A stretch of 58,885 nucleotides of DNA from an uncultured Gammaproteobacteria bacterium (GCA_964576705.1 CAZNVI010000002.1:1-58885), one strand, 5' to 3'; shown: positions 10,085 through 19,428, counted from the first letter of the stretch. Notes: generated by a model from the letters alone, not told the origin. A program made the numbers and translations.

Positions 10085-11968
10085 ATGAAGTCAGGAATGA
10101 AGTTTATCCATTTCACACAGCCTCTTTTCGGTACGGAAGAAAAAAAGGAAGTACTTAATACTCTTGATTCAGGATGGATAACTCTTGGTCCTAAGACGAA
10201 GCAATTTGAGGATAATTTTGCGGAGTATGTAGGCGTGAAGCACGCGGTTGCTGTTAGCTCTAACACAGCTGGTATGCATTTAGCTCTTATAGCGTTAGGA
10301 ATTAAACCGGGCGATGAAGTTATAACAACACCGTTTACTTTTGTCGCTACAGTTAATGTAATAGTGCATGTAGGTGCCGTACCGATACTTGTCGATGTTG
10401 ATCCTAAAACATTTAATATTGACCCGACAAAAATTGAAGAAAAAATTACAAAGCGTACAAAAGCAATTATGCCTGTTCATTATGGTGGACTCGCGTGTGA
10501 TATGGATGAGGTAATTAAAATCGCAAAAAAACATGACTTACTTATTATCGAAGACGCTGCACATGCAAGTGGAGCAAGTTATAAAAATAAAAGGATAGGA
10601 GCTCATGGTGATGTAGCTATATTTTCTTTTCATCCTGTAAAAAATATTTCAACCGGAGATGGGGGAATGGTAACTACAGATAACGCACATCTTGCTAATA
10701 AAATTTCTACATTACGTCTTCACGGAATGAGTAAAGAAGCATGGAAGCGTCATAGTGCAAGCGGATCCTGGAAATACGACGTTGAATTACCGGGTTTTAA
10801 ATATAACATGACAGATATTTCGGCTTCCCTTGGTATTCACCAGCTTAAAAAACTTGGCGGGTTTATCAAGAAGAGAAAAGAATATGCCGATTTTTTTAAT
10901 AAATCTTTTGAAAATATTCCGGAGATCTCAACTCCCTATGTGCCGATTAATGAAGAACATATCTATAGTTTATATACGATTAAGATTGATGTAGACAAGT
11001 TAAAGATCGACAGAGATGAAATAGTTGAGCTTTTGAAAGAAGCAAATATAGGCGCTACAGTCTATTTTATTCCAGTGCATCATTTTACTCTTTACAAAAA
11101 CAGTTTCGGTTTTTCTGAAGAAGATTTTCCGGTAACTGAAAAAATATTTAAATCAATTTTATCGTTACCTTTATACCCGAGGATGAGTATTGAAGATGTC
11201 AAATATGTTGCAGATACATTGCGCAGAATTATAGAAAATAATAGAAAGGAATATGTATGGTCTATAGATAATTTTGATAGTGAAATATTCGGGTTTAAAA
11301 CGGCAAAAATTAAACATCTTTATTCAAACGGTGATGCCAAAAAGCTTCAGAAAACGATTAATACATTAAAAAAAGATATGGTTGAAAACGAGGTAGAATA
11401 CGCGATATATAGAGCGCCTGCGGATAATTATTCACTTATCCAAGTTCTTGAAAACAACAATTTCACTATTGTTGATGGGCTGGTTAGTTTGTCAAACGAT
11501 GAGATGGATATTGTCCATAACATAAATTCCAAAATTCGAAAGGCTAAGATAACAGATTTAAAGCAACTAAAGAATATAGCATCAACTTCGTTTGAGCGAA
11601 CTAGAATATATAACGATGCGATATTGGATAAGAAAAAGGCCGGTAAAATGTATGCAAGATGGATTGAGAATTCTTTAACACAAAAAGTAGCAGACGAGGT
11701 GTTTGTTTGGGAAGAAAACGGAGAAATTTTGGGTTTTATTACATTGCAAAAAAGTGGTCATATCCCGCTTATTGCAGTAATGCACAAGGCGCGCGGGAAA
11801 GGAATTGCGAAAGAATTAATAAAAGCTGTTTTATATCAATGTAAAGAATGGGGCATCACAAGGTCAGAAATAGAAACACAGATGGCGAATATTCCAGCAC
11901 TTCGTGCATACCAATCCTGTGGATTTAAAATTATAGATTCGTCTTTAACTTTTAGATGGATGAAATAG
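10085..11968 (+). CDS. Bifunctional NDP-4-keto-6-deoxyhexose aminotransferase (DegT/WecE-like) fused to GNAT N-acetyltransferase (WecD-like)
   Basis: Residues 1-~385 carry DegT/DnrJ/EryC1 motifs (GWITLGPKTKQFEDNFAEY, IIEDAAHA, SFHPVKNISTGDGGMV with the PLP lysine). Residues ~395-627 match E. coli WecD as recalled (YARWIENSLTQ vs YAQWIENAVRG; ETQMANIPALRAYQSCGFKIIDSSLTFRWMK vs [29 protein letters not shown]). ATG 10097 is an alternative start. Confidence 0.8.
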   Translation: MKSGMKFIHFTQPLFGTEEKKEVLNTLDSGWITLGPKTKQFEDNFAEYVGVKHAVAVSSNTAGMHLALIALGIKPGDEVITTPFTFVATVNVIVHVGAVPILVDVDPKTFNIDPTKIEEKITKRTKAIMPVHYGGLACDMDEVIKIAKKHDLLIIEDAAHASGASYKNKRIGAHGDVAIFSFHPVKNISTGDGGMVTTDNAHLANKISTLRLHGMSKEAWKRHSASGSWKYDVELPGFKYNMTDISASLGIHQLKKLGGFIKKRKEYADFFNKSFENIPEISTPYVPINEEHIYSLYTIKIDVDKLKIDRDEIVELLKEANIGATVYFIPVHHFTLYKNSFGFSEEDFPVTEKIFKSILSLPLYPRMSIEDVKYVADTLRRIIENNRKEYVWSIDNFDSEIFGFKTAKIKHLYSNGDAKKLQKTINTLKKDMVENEVEYAIYRAPADNYSLIQVLENNNFTIVDGLVSLSNDEMDIVHNINSKIRKAKITDLKQLKNIASTSFERTRIYNDAILDKKKAGKMYARWIENSLTQKVADEVFVWEENGEILGFITLQKSGHIPLIAVMHKARGKGIAKELIKAVLYQCKEWGITRSEIETQMANIPALRAYQSCGFKIIDSSLTFRWMK

Positions 11969-11969
11969 T

Positions 11970-13466
11970 TTAATTGAAAGACACCAGTTTTACGTCTCCA
12001 GATTCGAAAACCGTTTTTTTATTTATAAGTTTCAACTCTTTTTTGGTAGCAAAACTTTCTTTAATTAGTGCATGAGTTAGCTTATATTTTTTGACGAGTG
12101 TTTTTATGGGAATTTTTAAAACTGGATATACTCCTTGAATTCTCATGAGGCCTGGGTTGTCTGCGTTTACGAAAACTGCAGCTTTTGTGTGATAAACCGT
12201 CATTGTGGTGTTTTGGTGAGGAATGCAAATAATCCTTAAAGAATGTTTTTGCTTATTTATATATCTAAATACCTTAACCAGGTCTGTTGTTATGCTTCTG
12301 TTGCGGTCTTTGATCACTCCTTTTAATTGGATAAAAAGTATGAGTGAAAGGTTGACCAATAGAATAATTGCGAGTATGAGTACAGTCCAAATTTGATAAG
12401 GTGTTTTAAGAAGTTCGAAAAACAAATATGCAGAAAGAATCGCTGACGGAACTGTCGCCATCTCCATATATCTTTGTCCCTCACCTATAGGCATTAGAGA
12501 TTTTACTTTTAGTACCAATACTCCGAAGAAGTAGAAAAAGATAATCCATGCTGCGAACATTTGAAGTAGCAGAGAAGTATTCAGCCAGCCTAAATAGTTT
12601 GCGATAAGTATTAAAAACCCGCTTAGGGCCCATGGGTTAAGCCCGAACACAGCTATAGGCGAAAAAGCTGATAAAAATTTGTAAATATTACCTACCCAAT
12701 CTGTCTGCGAAGTTTTCTTTATATTACCCCTAATCTGGTGTGCAAACCGGTAATCAAGATTATTAATCCAGAAGTAAATGTTATAGAGATGGCCTTTAAG
12801 AACACGTATATAATAACCTCTGGTTATAAGTATAGCTAATCCAAATCCTATAAGAAAACTCTGCATAAAAACTGCTGTGTTTAGATAAAATGTAAAAAAT
12901 ATTGTAAGAAATAAAAAAGATTGGATTGCGAAGCGGTGGGTTAAAAATAAAAATGTTACAAAAAATATTCCAACTAGAAAAAACCATATACTCCCATTTA
13001 GAATAAACAGAAGCAAAGGAAGTGTAGCCAAGCTAAAATTTAAGTAACCTAAAGAACGGGGCGTTAGATAGCTGTTCTCGATTGCAATCATAGGGGTTAA
13101 CATATACATAATTTGAGCCAGTAACGCAAAGTATATGTTTCCTGAAAGATAAAATCCGACGAAATATATTAACACAACCTGTATTGAATCGAAAAAAGGG
13201 GCGATGAATCCTTGTAGTATAAGCAATTGTTTTTTAGGAATATACGATAATAATAGTGGAAAAACTGGAGGGTAATCGAAATACCCTCCTATGATAAATT
13301 GGTCAGCTAACTTATGATTCGGGACTTTATGATTATTTTTTCGGAGATGATCAGTCTCAATAAGACGGGTCCAAACGTCAACTCCAAATAATTTATTAAT
13401 AAATCTAGGATATGATTGAAGAAAGAAATTTATCAGAGGAATTATTAGTGGAAATAAGTAGCCCAT
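11970..13466 (-). CDS. Uncharacterised polytopic membrane protein (GT-C-like?), paralogue A
   Basis: 498 aa and more than 10 TM helices. Shares blocks with the facing gene: SYPRFINKLFGVDVWT, YFDYPPVFPLLL, THRFAIQSF, YYIRVLKGHLYNIYFW..YRFAHQIRG, GEGQRYMEMATVPSA, CIPHQNTTMTVYHT..VFVNAD. It is the only minus-strand gene in the glycan locus. Confidence 0.7.
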   Translation of the reverse strand: MGYLFPLIIPLINFFLQSYPRFINKLFGVDVWTRLIETDHLRKNNHKVPNHKLADQFIIGGYFDYPPVFPLLLSYIPKKQLLILQGFIAPFFDSIQVVLIYFVGFYLSGNIYFALLAQIMYMLTPMIAIENSYLTPRSLGYLNFSLATLPLLLFILNGSIWFFLVGIFFVTFLFLTHRFAIQSFLFLTIFFTFYLNTAVFMQSFLIGFGLAILITRGYYIRVLKGHLYNIYFWINNLDYRFAHQIRGNIKKTSQTDWVGNIYKFLSAFSPIAVFGLNPWALSGFLILIANYLGWLNTSLLLQMFAAWIIFFYFFGVLVLKVKSLMPIGEGQRYMEMATVPSAILSAYLFFELLKTPYQIWTVLILAIILLVNLSLILFIQLKGVIKDRNRSITTDLVKVFRYINKQKHSLRIICIPHQNTTMTVYHTKAAVFVNADNPGLMRIQGVYPVLKIPIKTLVKKYKLTHALIKESFATKKELKLINKKTVFESGDVKLVSFN

Positions 13467-13473
13467 GGTCGAG

Positions 13474-13502
13474 ATTATAGAACGATTTTATTGTCTATGC
13501 AA
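13474..13502 (-). promoter_or_regulatory. Putative promoter for the minus-strand paralogue (TTGCAT-17 nt-TATAAT), -10 box only 7 nt from the ATG
   Basis: On the minus strand, TTGCAT is the complement of 13497-13502 and TATAAT the complement of 13474-13479. The start codon is the complement of 13464-13466. Confidence 0.4.
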
Positions 13503-13546
13503 GGTGTTTGTTATCAAGTATAATCATTATTAAGTTTCTTTCTTCT

Positions 13547-15025
13547 ATGTATTTTTTTGGATTATTGTTACCGGTAATTGCTTTTTTATTTGAATCATAT
13601 CCCAGGATTTTAAATCGTAAATTTGGCGTAGATGTATGGACGCATCTTTTATATCTAAAAGAGTTTCACCGCCAAAAAGGTATCCCCAAGCGCATTAAAA
13701 AAGGCTTTTTAGTCCCGGGTGTTTATGACTATCCGCCGATTTTTATAATGATTTTATCTAAATTTCCGTTCAAGTGGGTTGAGAAGTACGAATTTTTTTT
13801 CTCTCCTTTTTTTGACGCATTACATCTGATACTTATTTACTTTATTGTATATCAGATGACAGGAAGTGTTCCTGTGTCTTTAGTAACACAATTATTATAT
13901 ATATTAACACCTATTATAGTTTTAGAAAATTCAAGCGCTACTCCTAGGTCTTTAGGGTATTTACTGTTTACATGTACCTTTATGTTAATTTTTGCTTTCA
14001 TTCAATTACAATCACTATGGTTTATCTTGCTGGCTATATTATTAGGTTCATTTGTCTTTCTTTCGCATAGATTTACAGCTCAGGGTTTTTTATTTTATTC
14101 ATTATTTTTTTCAATTTATGACAGAAACTTGATTTATTTTTTAGTTTTTGTGCTCTCTTTTATAATCGCAGTTATTATATCAAAAGGTTTTTATATCACC
14201 GTTTTGAAGGGACATTTAGGTAATTTGAAATTTTGGTATAAAAATATAAAATATAGATACGCACATCAGATTAAAGGTACTTATAAAGAACATAAAACTA
14301 AAGACGTAGTGTTTAAGTTTTATAATCAATTCTTAAAATTTCCACCTTTTGTTTTGACCATAACTAATCCTTGGACTCTTCCGGTTTTTTTCATGTTATT
14401 TTTTTCTTATCCGACTAACGTTCTTTATCAGCACCTACTTTGGTGGGTAATATTTTCTTATATATTGGCACTTGTTACGACATGTATACCTTCTCTACGT
14501 TTCCTAGGAGAAGGACAGCGCTATCTTGAGCTTTCAGCTTTCCCCACGGCGTTTATTGGCACAATGCAATTATTTATATTTGTCGACAATTCTAAATTTA
14601 TTTATGTGCTTAATTTGTATATTTTAACGGGAGTCGCGGCTTTATTTACAATTTTAGTAATTCAAAGAAAAGCGATAGTAAAAGAAGAAGTGAGAACTAT
14701 AACTAGTGGGATGCAAGAGATGTTTGATTATTTACGGATGCTTAAGAAAAAACCAAGATTGTTGTGTATTCCTCATCAAATTACTACGAATACTATTTAT
14801 CATACGGATTGTCCGGTTTTCGTGAATGCTGATTATGCAACGATAGATAAAATTTCCGATGTTTACCCTTATTTCAAAAAACCTATCAGAAGTATTATGA
14901 TGAGGCATAAATTGGATATGATATTGCTTAATCAAAATTATGCAAGAATTGCCGACTTAAGACTTAAAAAATTTAAGATTATTAAAAAGTTTCGGGAGTA
15001 TGTTTTAATTAAGCCAATCTTATGA
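13547..15025 (+). CDS. Uncharacterised polytopic membrane protein (GT-C-like?), paralogue B
   Basis: Start moved from TTG 13508 to ATG 13547, so the N-terminus (MYFFGLLLPVIAFLFESYPRILNRKFGVDVWT) aligns with paralogue A (MGYLFPLIIPLINFFLQSYPRFINKLFGVDVWT). A TATAAT box lies at 13519-13524. Same conserved blocks as paralogue A. Confidence 0.7.
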   Translation: MYFFGLLLPVIAFLFESYPRILNRKFGVDVWTHLLYLKEFHRQKGIPKRIKKGFLVPGVYDYPPIFIMILSKFPFKWVEKYEFFFSPFFDALHLILIYFIVYQMTGSVPVSLVTQLLYILTPIIVLENSSATPRSLGYLLFTCTFMLIFAFIQLQSLWFILLAILLGSFVFLSHRFTAQGFLFYSLFFSIYDRNLIYFLVFVLSFIIAVIISKGFYITVLKGHLGNLKFWYKNIKYRYAHQIKGTYKEHKTKDVVFKFYNQFLKFPPFVLTITNPWTLPVFFMLFFSYPTNVLYQHLLWWVIFSYILALVTTCIPSLRFLGEGQRYLELSAFPTAFIGTMQLFIFVDNSKFIYVLNLYILTGVAALFTILVIQRKAIVKEEVRTITSGMQEMFDYLRMLKKKPRLLCIPHQITTNTIYHTDCPVFVNADYATIDKISDVYPYFKKPIRSIMMRHKLDMILLNQNYARIADLRLKKFKIIKKFREYVLIKPIL

Positions 15026-16377
15026 AAAAAAATAAAAAGCTTAAAAGACATACCAGAAGTATTTTAAATTTAAGGAATTTTTTTATTATTATTTCTTTAA
15101 TTTTCATTATTTTTTTCGGATTTTTATTACGCAGACATGATTTCACTACTAATCCCAGACATGGGGCTACATTTGATGAATTCGCATGGACTTGGCTTGG
15201 TATAAATTTAATCCAGAACAGAATGCCTGAATCATGGTCTCCTCATCCCCAGTATAAAGTAAGAAAACATCTTACATATCAAGGAGCATCTTTTTGGCTT
15301 GTAAAACCATACCTTGAACATCCCCCGTTATTCGGTTTAGTAGCAGGAGTTTTCGCGCTTTCAAATGATACAAAAAACATGTATGACGTCACTCTTAGTA
15401 AAATACGTCCACTTGCATTAATTATGGGTATTGCATCTGTAGTTTTAATGTATTTATTTATTTCTGAAACATATGGTCGTTTAACAGGTTTATTGTCCGC
15501 TGCTTTATACGCAACGATTCCATCAATTGTAGTCGGTTCGCGACTTGTCCAAAACGAGAATTTTTTGATCCCTTGTTGGCTTTTAGCTTTATACTTTATT
15601 ACTAAATACCTAAAGTCCGACAAAAAAAGATTTAGAAATCTTGCGTCAATTTTAGCCGGTATCCTTTCACTTGCCAAAGTTCCATGGCTTTGTGTTGGGT
15701 TATCTTTGGCTTTAATTTTGTCTTATAGACAAAAATTTAAGGATGCGTTTGTGGTCATCGGAGTTGTAGTAGGGATTTTTATTATTTACTTTGTATACGG
15801 ATTTTATTTAGACAAGTCATTATTTATAGATCTAATGCGATTGCAGACAGCTCGTTATGATATTACTTATCAAGGCTTATTATCAATTTTTACCAAACCA
15901 ATCCTGATTGATTGGTATTATATCGACGGTTGGATATTATTTGCATGGTTTACCGTATTTACACTCCTTAGTACAATAAAAAAGAATTTTTTAATTATTA
16001 TACCGTTTATTGTTTATTTAACTATGTATGCTTTTGCTATACCTGATGAGCCGGGTCATGGATGGTACAGATATCCGTTTAGCCCATTTCTTATCGGCTC
16101 TTTAGCTATATTTTTAGTAGATGAATTTAAAAACATTACTTTTCGTTATATTTTTTTCCTTTATATAGTCGGTTTTTCGCTTTTGCAAAATGGCGTAATG
16201 GAAATATTAGGTTTCTCTTTTTTGGTATATCGAACTTTTATATTTTTTTCTGCAGTTCCGGTAATTTTTTTTCTATGGTTTGATAAGTATTCTCGTTATA
16301 GTCGTTACTTTATTTTATTGACATTAATTATATTTACTTTTTTTAATGTCCTTGCAATTTTTAATGTAAGAACATAA
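15022..16377 (+). CDS. GT-C glycosyltransferase, ArnT/PMT-like (GT39/83-like)
   Basis: First-loop motif HGATFDEFAWTWLGINL, then YLEHPPLFGLVAG. About 11 TM helices. ATGA overlap with the upstream gene. Confidence 0.65.
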   Translation: MKKNKKLKRHTRSILNLRNFFIIISLIFIIFFGFLLRRHDFTTNPRHGATFDEFAWTWLGINLIQNRMPESWSPHPQYKVRKHLTYQGASFWLVKPYLEHPPLFGLVAGVFALSNDTKNMYDVTLSKIRPLALIMGIASVVLMYLFISETYGRLTGLLSAALYATIPSIVVGSRLVQNENFLIPCWLLALYFITKYLKSDKKRFRNLASILAGILSLAKVPWLCVGLSLALILSYRQKFKDAFVVIGVVVGIFIIYFVYGFYLDKSLFIDLMRLQTARYDITYQGLLSIFTKPILIDWYYIDGWILFAWFTVFTLLSTIKKNFLIIIPFIVYLTMYAFAIPDEPGHGWYRYPFSPFLIGSLAIFLVDEFKNITFRYIFFLYIVGFSLLQNGVMEILGFSFLVYRTFIFFSAVPVIFFLWFDKYSRYSRYFILLTLIIFTFFNVLAIFNVRT

Positions 16378-16389
16378 AATCTTTTGATA

Positions 16390-17376
16390 ATGAAATATAT
16401 CGATAATAAAACAATTCTTGTAACCGGCGGAACAGGCTCATGGGGGCAAGAATTAATTACCCAGCTTTTGTCTCTTCCTAATGGACCAAGAGAAATTAGA
16501 GTTTATTCCCGAAATGAACATAAACAGGTAGAGATGCGATCAAATTTTCCCAGCAGAAGATTAAAATTTATAATTGGCGATGTCAGGGATAAAAATATTT
16601 TAAACTTTGCCATGAAAGATGTACACACTGTATTTCATCTGGCAGCGTTGAAACATGTACCGGTTTGCGAAGATAATCCATGGGAGACAGTCTTAACAAA
16701 TATATATGGCACACAAAATATTATTGAAACTGCAATATCAAATGAGGTTGAAGTTGTTGTAGACGTTTCAACCGATAAAGCAGTAGAGCCATATAATCAT
16801 TATGGTGTTACAAAGGCATGCGGTGAAAAATTAATGGTGAATGCCAACAAGCTTATCAGCAATACAAGATTTATATGTATTCGGGGTGGTAATGTGATAG
16901 GAACCAATGGCAGCGTGATCCCTTTATTTAAAAAACAAATTTCAGAAAGTAATGAAATAACGATTACTAATCCTAAAATGACACGTTTTTTAATGAGCAC
17001 AAGTAATGCTATCGGTTTACTGTTCAGAGCTATCCAGAAGCATACAGGTGGAGAAATATTTGTCTTAAATATGCCTGCAGCAAAAGTTGAAACGATTGCT
17101 GATGCGATGATTCAGTTATTCGGTAATAAAAAAACAAAAATTAAGTTAATAGGTGTGAGACAAGGGGAGAAGATTCATGAAATACTGGTATCCAGAAATG
17201 AAATTCCTTACACTGAAGATACTTCTGACAATTATTTCACAATTCATCCCCTATTTAGTGAAATAACGGTTTCAAAACCTTTAAAAGTGCAGGAATTTAC
17301 GTCGCAAACTACGAAACAGTTAAATACCCAAGATTTGGTAGCTCTGTTGAGAAAAGAAGAGTGGCTCTTTAAATAA
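16390..17376 (+). CDS. UDP-N-acetylglucosamine 4,6-dehydratase family (CapD short form; PseB/CapE/WbjB-like)
   Basis: KTILVTGGTGSWGQEL, VSTDKAVEPYNHYGVTKACGEKL, IRGGNVIGTNGSVIPLFKKQ. Start taken at ATG 16390 rather than TTG 16384. Confidence 0.8.
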   Translation: MKYIDNKTILVTGGTGSWGQELITQLLSLPNGPREIRVYSRNEHKQVEMRSNFPSRRLKFIIGDVRDKNILNFAMKDVHTVFHLAALKHVPVCEDNPWETVLTNIYGTQNIIETAISNEVEVVVDVSTDKAVEPYNHYGVTKACGEKLMVNANKLISNTRFICIRGGNVIGTNGSVIPLFKKQISESNEITITNPKMTRFLMSTSNAIGLLFRAIQKHTGGEIFVLNMPAAKVETIADAMIQLFGNKKTKIKLIGVRQGEKIHEILVSRNEIPYTEDTSDNYFTIHPLFSEITVSKPLKVQEFTSQTTKQLNTQDLVALLRKEEWLFK

Positions 17377-17377
17377 A

Positions 17378-18514
17378 ATGCTTAAGCGACTTATTATAAC
17401 ATCACATGTTGTCTATGTAGGAAAACAGGATGTCTTCGGACCTGGACATGCAGTAAGCAACTATCTTAAAAAGAACCAGATGCCACACATTTATCTCAGA
17501 CATTCCTTAATGGATCTTCGTCCTTCCGAAATTATTAAAGTTAAAAATACAAAAGATACGCGAGAATTACTTAAATTGCCCGGCTTTAGAATCGGTTTAC
17601 TTCGTTATCCTGTAGAGATGTATTACTCATATCGTTTTTATAAAAGATACAAACCTCAGATTTGTATCGCGATTGATCCTGTAAATGCGTTCAGCGCAAT
17701 TTTGGCGCGAAAATCCGGATTTATAAAAACTGTAATCTTTTATACAGCTGATTATGCAATTAAAAGGTTTGAAAATCCTGTGTTAAATTTAATCTATCAT
17801 TCGCTTGATAAATTTGGGATAAGAAATGCTGATTTGGTTTGGAATGTCTCTTCCAGAATTCAAAAACGGCGTTTGAAGCAAGGTGTAAAGCCCTCCAGGA
17901 ATCTTCTTATTCCGAATACCCCACTTGTAGGTCTTTTCAGTCATAAAGAGGTGAAAAACAAAATAAAACATAGTATGGTTCTAATGGCGAACTTTACTCC
18001 AGCTATAGATTATCCGAAAATTATTTCTGTAATTTCTGAGCTGAGAAGTAAATTTAAAGACATCCATATAGCCTTTATAGGAAAAGGAGGGATGGAGGAG
18101 GAAGTGCGAGAAATGGTAAAAACACTAGATCTTGAAAAGAATGTGACGTTTCATGGATTTATGCAACATGATGATGCATTAAAGACAGCGGCTGCATATG
18201 AAATAGGACTTGCACCATACGCGAACATTCAATCATGGACTGAATTCGGTGATTCTTTAAAGGCAAGGGAATATATGGCTCTTGGTTTGCCTGTAATTAT
18301 AACCAATAATGTTTCTACGTCTGATGATATAGTTAAGTATAATGCAGGATTTTCGATTTCTATGAATAAAAAGGAGCTTAAAGAGTCGCTTGAAAAACTG
18401 ATCTCCGATAAAAAACTGTATGAATCTATGCGTAAAAACGCTTTGAAGCTTGCAGAGGACTATGATCTGGAGAAAATACTTGATAAAGAGTTAAAAAATA
18501 AATTTTTACAATGA
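17378..18514 (+). CDS. GT-B glycosyltransferase (GT4-like, divergent)
   Basis: C-terminal domain IAFIGKGGMEEEVREMV...GLAPY...FGDSLKAREYMALGLPVIITNNVSTSDDIV. The N-domain is non-canonical. Confidence 0.55.
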   Translation: MLKRLIITSHVVYVGKQDVFGPGHAVSNYLKKNQMPHIYLRHSLMDLRPSEIIKVKNTKDTRELLKLPGFRIGLLRYPVEMYYSYRFYKRYKPQICIAIDPVNAFSAILARKSGFIKTVIFYTADYAIKRFENPVLNLIYHSLDKFGIRNADLVWNVSSRIQKRRLKQGVKPSRNLLIPNTPLVGLFSHKEVKNKIKHSMVLMANFTPAIDYPKIISVISELRSKFKDIHIAFIGKGGMEEEVREMVKTLDLEKNVTFHGFMQHDDALKTAAAYEIGLAPYANIQSWTEFGDSLKAREYMALGLPVIITNNVSTSDDIVKYNAGFSISMNKKELKESLEKLISDKKLYESMRKNALKLAEDYDLEKILDKELKNKFLQ

Positions 18515-19428
18515 AAGTATATATTACAGGAGGGACAGGTTTATTAGGCAGCAGCTTATTGCGTACTGTTCCTAAAAAGTTTACCCTTTTCTCAAACTAT
18601 CACATAAATAAGCTCATCCCAGATATACCGATAGCTGACTTTTCTTATTTAGATATTACCAATAAAAAGCAAGTAGAAACTGTTTTTTCAAAAATAAGAC
18701 CGCACTATATTATCCATACAGCAGCAAAATCTAGTCCGGATTTTTGTGAAGATAATCCCCAGGAGGCATACAGAGTAAATATTGAAGGGACGAGAAATGT
18801 CCTTTTTTTCGGTAATAAATTCGGATCTAAAGTAATAATTATGTCGACTAATCAGGTTTTTTCAGGTATTAATCCACCATATACTGAAGAATCGGAACGT
18901 GACCCCGTAAATGTATACGGGAAAACGAAGGTGCAGAATGAAGATGAGATTCTTACTGGAAAATATAAAGGTACTGTTATTAGGCTCATGACGTTATATG
19001 GATGGGGTAATCCTCATGGCCAAAAGAATTCAGCTATGTGGGTTATAGACATGTTATCGAAAAATCAAAAAATAAAAGTTGTGGACGATATTTATAATAA
19101 TTTTTTATGGGTGGAAGACGCAAGTAATGCAATATGGAAAATGATTTTGACCGATAAAGAGCTTAAGTTAATTCAAATAGCCGGAGAAGAAACGACAAAC
19201 AGGTATCTTTTAGCTAAAATGATTGCAAATGTTTTTAAATTGGATGATACATTAATCACCCCCGTTAAAAAGAGTTATTTTAAGGATGAAGCCCCAAGAC
19301 CTCTTAATACAGTGTATGACATCGGGTGTCTCAAAAAAAAACTTAAGTTTTACCCGCTCATGCTTAAAGAAGGAATTATAGAGATGAAAAGAGCATCCAA
19401 ATCTGTAAAGTGGAAAAAAATTGCATGA
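18511..19428 (+). CDS. RmlD-like NAD(P)-dependent sugar-nucleotide reductase
   Basis: MKVYITGGTGLLGSSL, IIHTAAKSSPDFCEDNPQEAYRVNIEGTRNV, STNQVFSG, VNVYGKTKVQNE. This matches the RmlD substrate-binding-domain layout. Confidence 0.65.
   Translation: MKVYITGGTGLLGSSLLRTVPKKFTLFSNYHINKLIPDIPIADFSYLDITNKKQVETVFSKIRPHYIIHTAAKSSPDFCEDNPQEAYRVNIEGTRNVLFFGNKFGSKVIIMSTNQVFSGINPPYTEESERDPVNVYGKTKVQNEDEILTGKYKGTVIRLMTLYGWGNPHGQKNSAMWVIDMLSKNQKIKVVDDIYNNFLWVEDASNAIWKMILTDKELKLIQIAGEETTNRYLLAKMIANVFKLDDTLITPVKKSYFKDEAPRPLNTVYDIGCLKKKLKFYPLMLKEGIIEMKRASKSVKWKKIA

Noticed and set aside
11970-15025. A shufflon-like or invertible system in which the two inverted paralogues recombine to swap N-termini or flip the promoter.
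   Set aside because: Hand comparison of the most conserved block (SYPR..FGVDVWT) shows differences at nearly every synonymous position. The longest identical DNA run is about 10 nt. There are no flanking inverted repeats and no recombinase gene.
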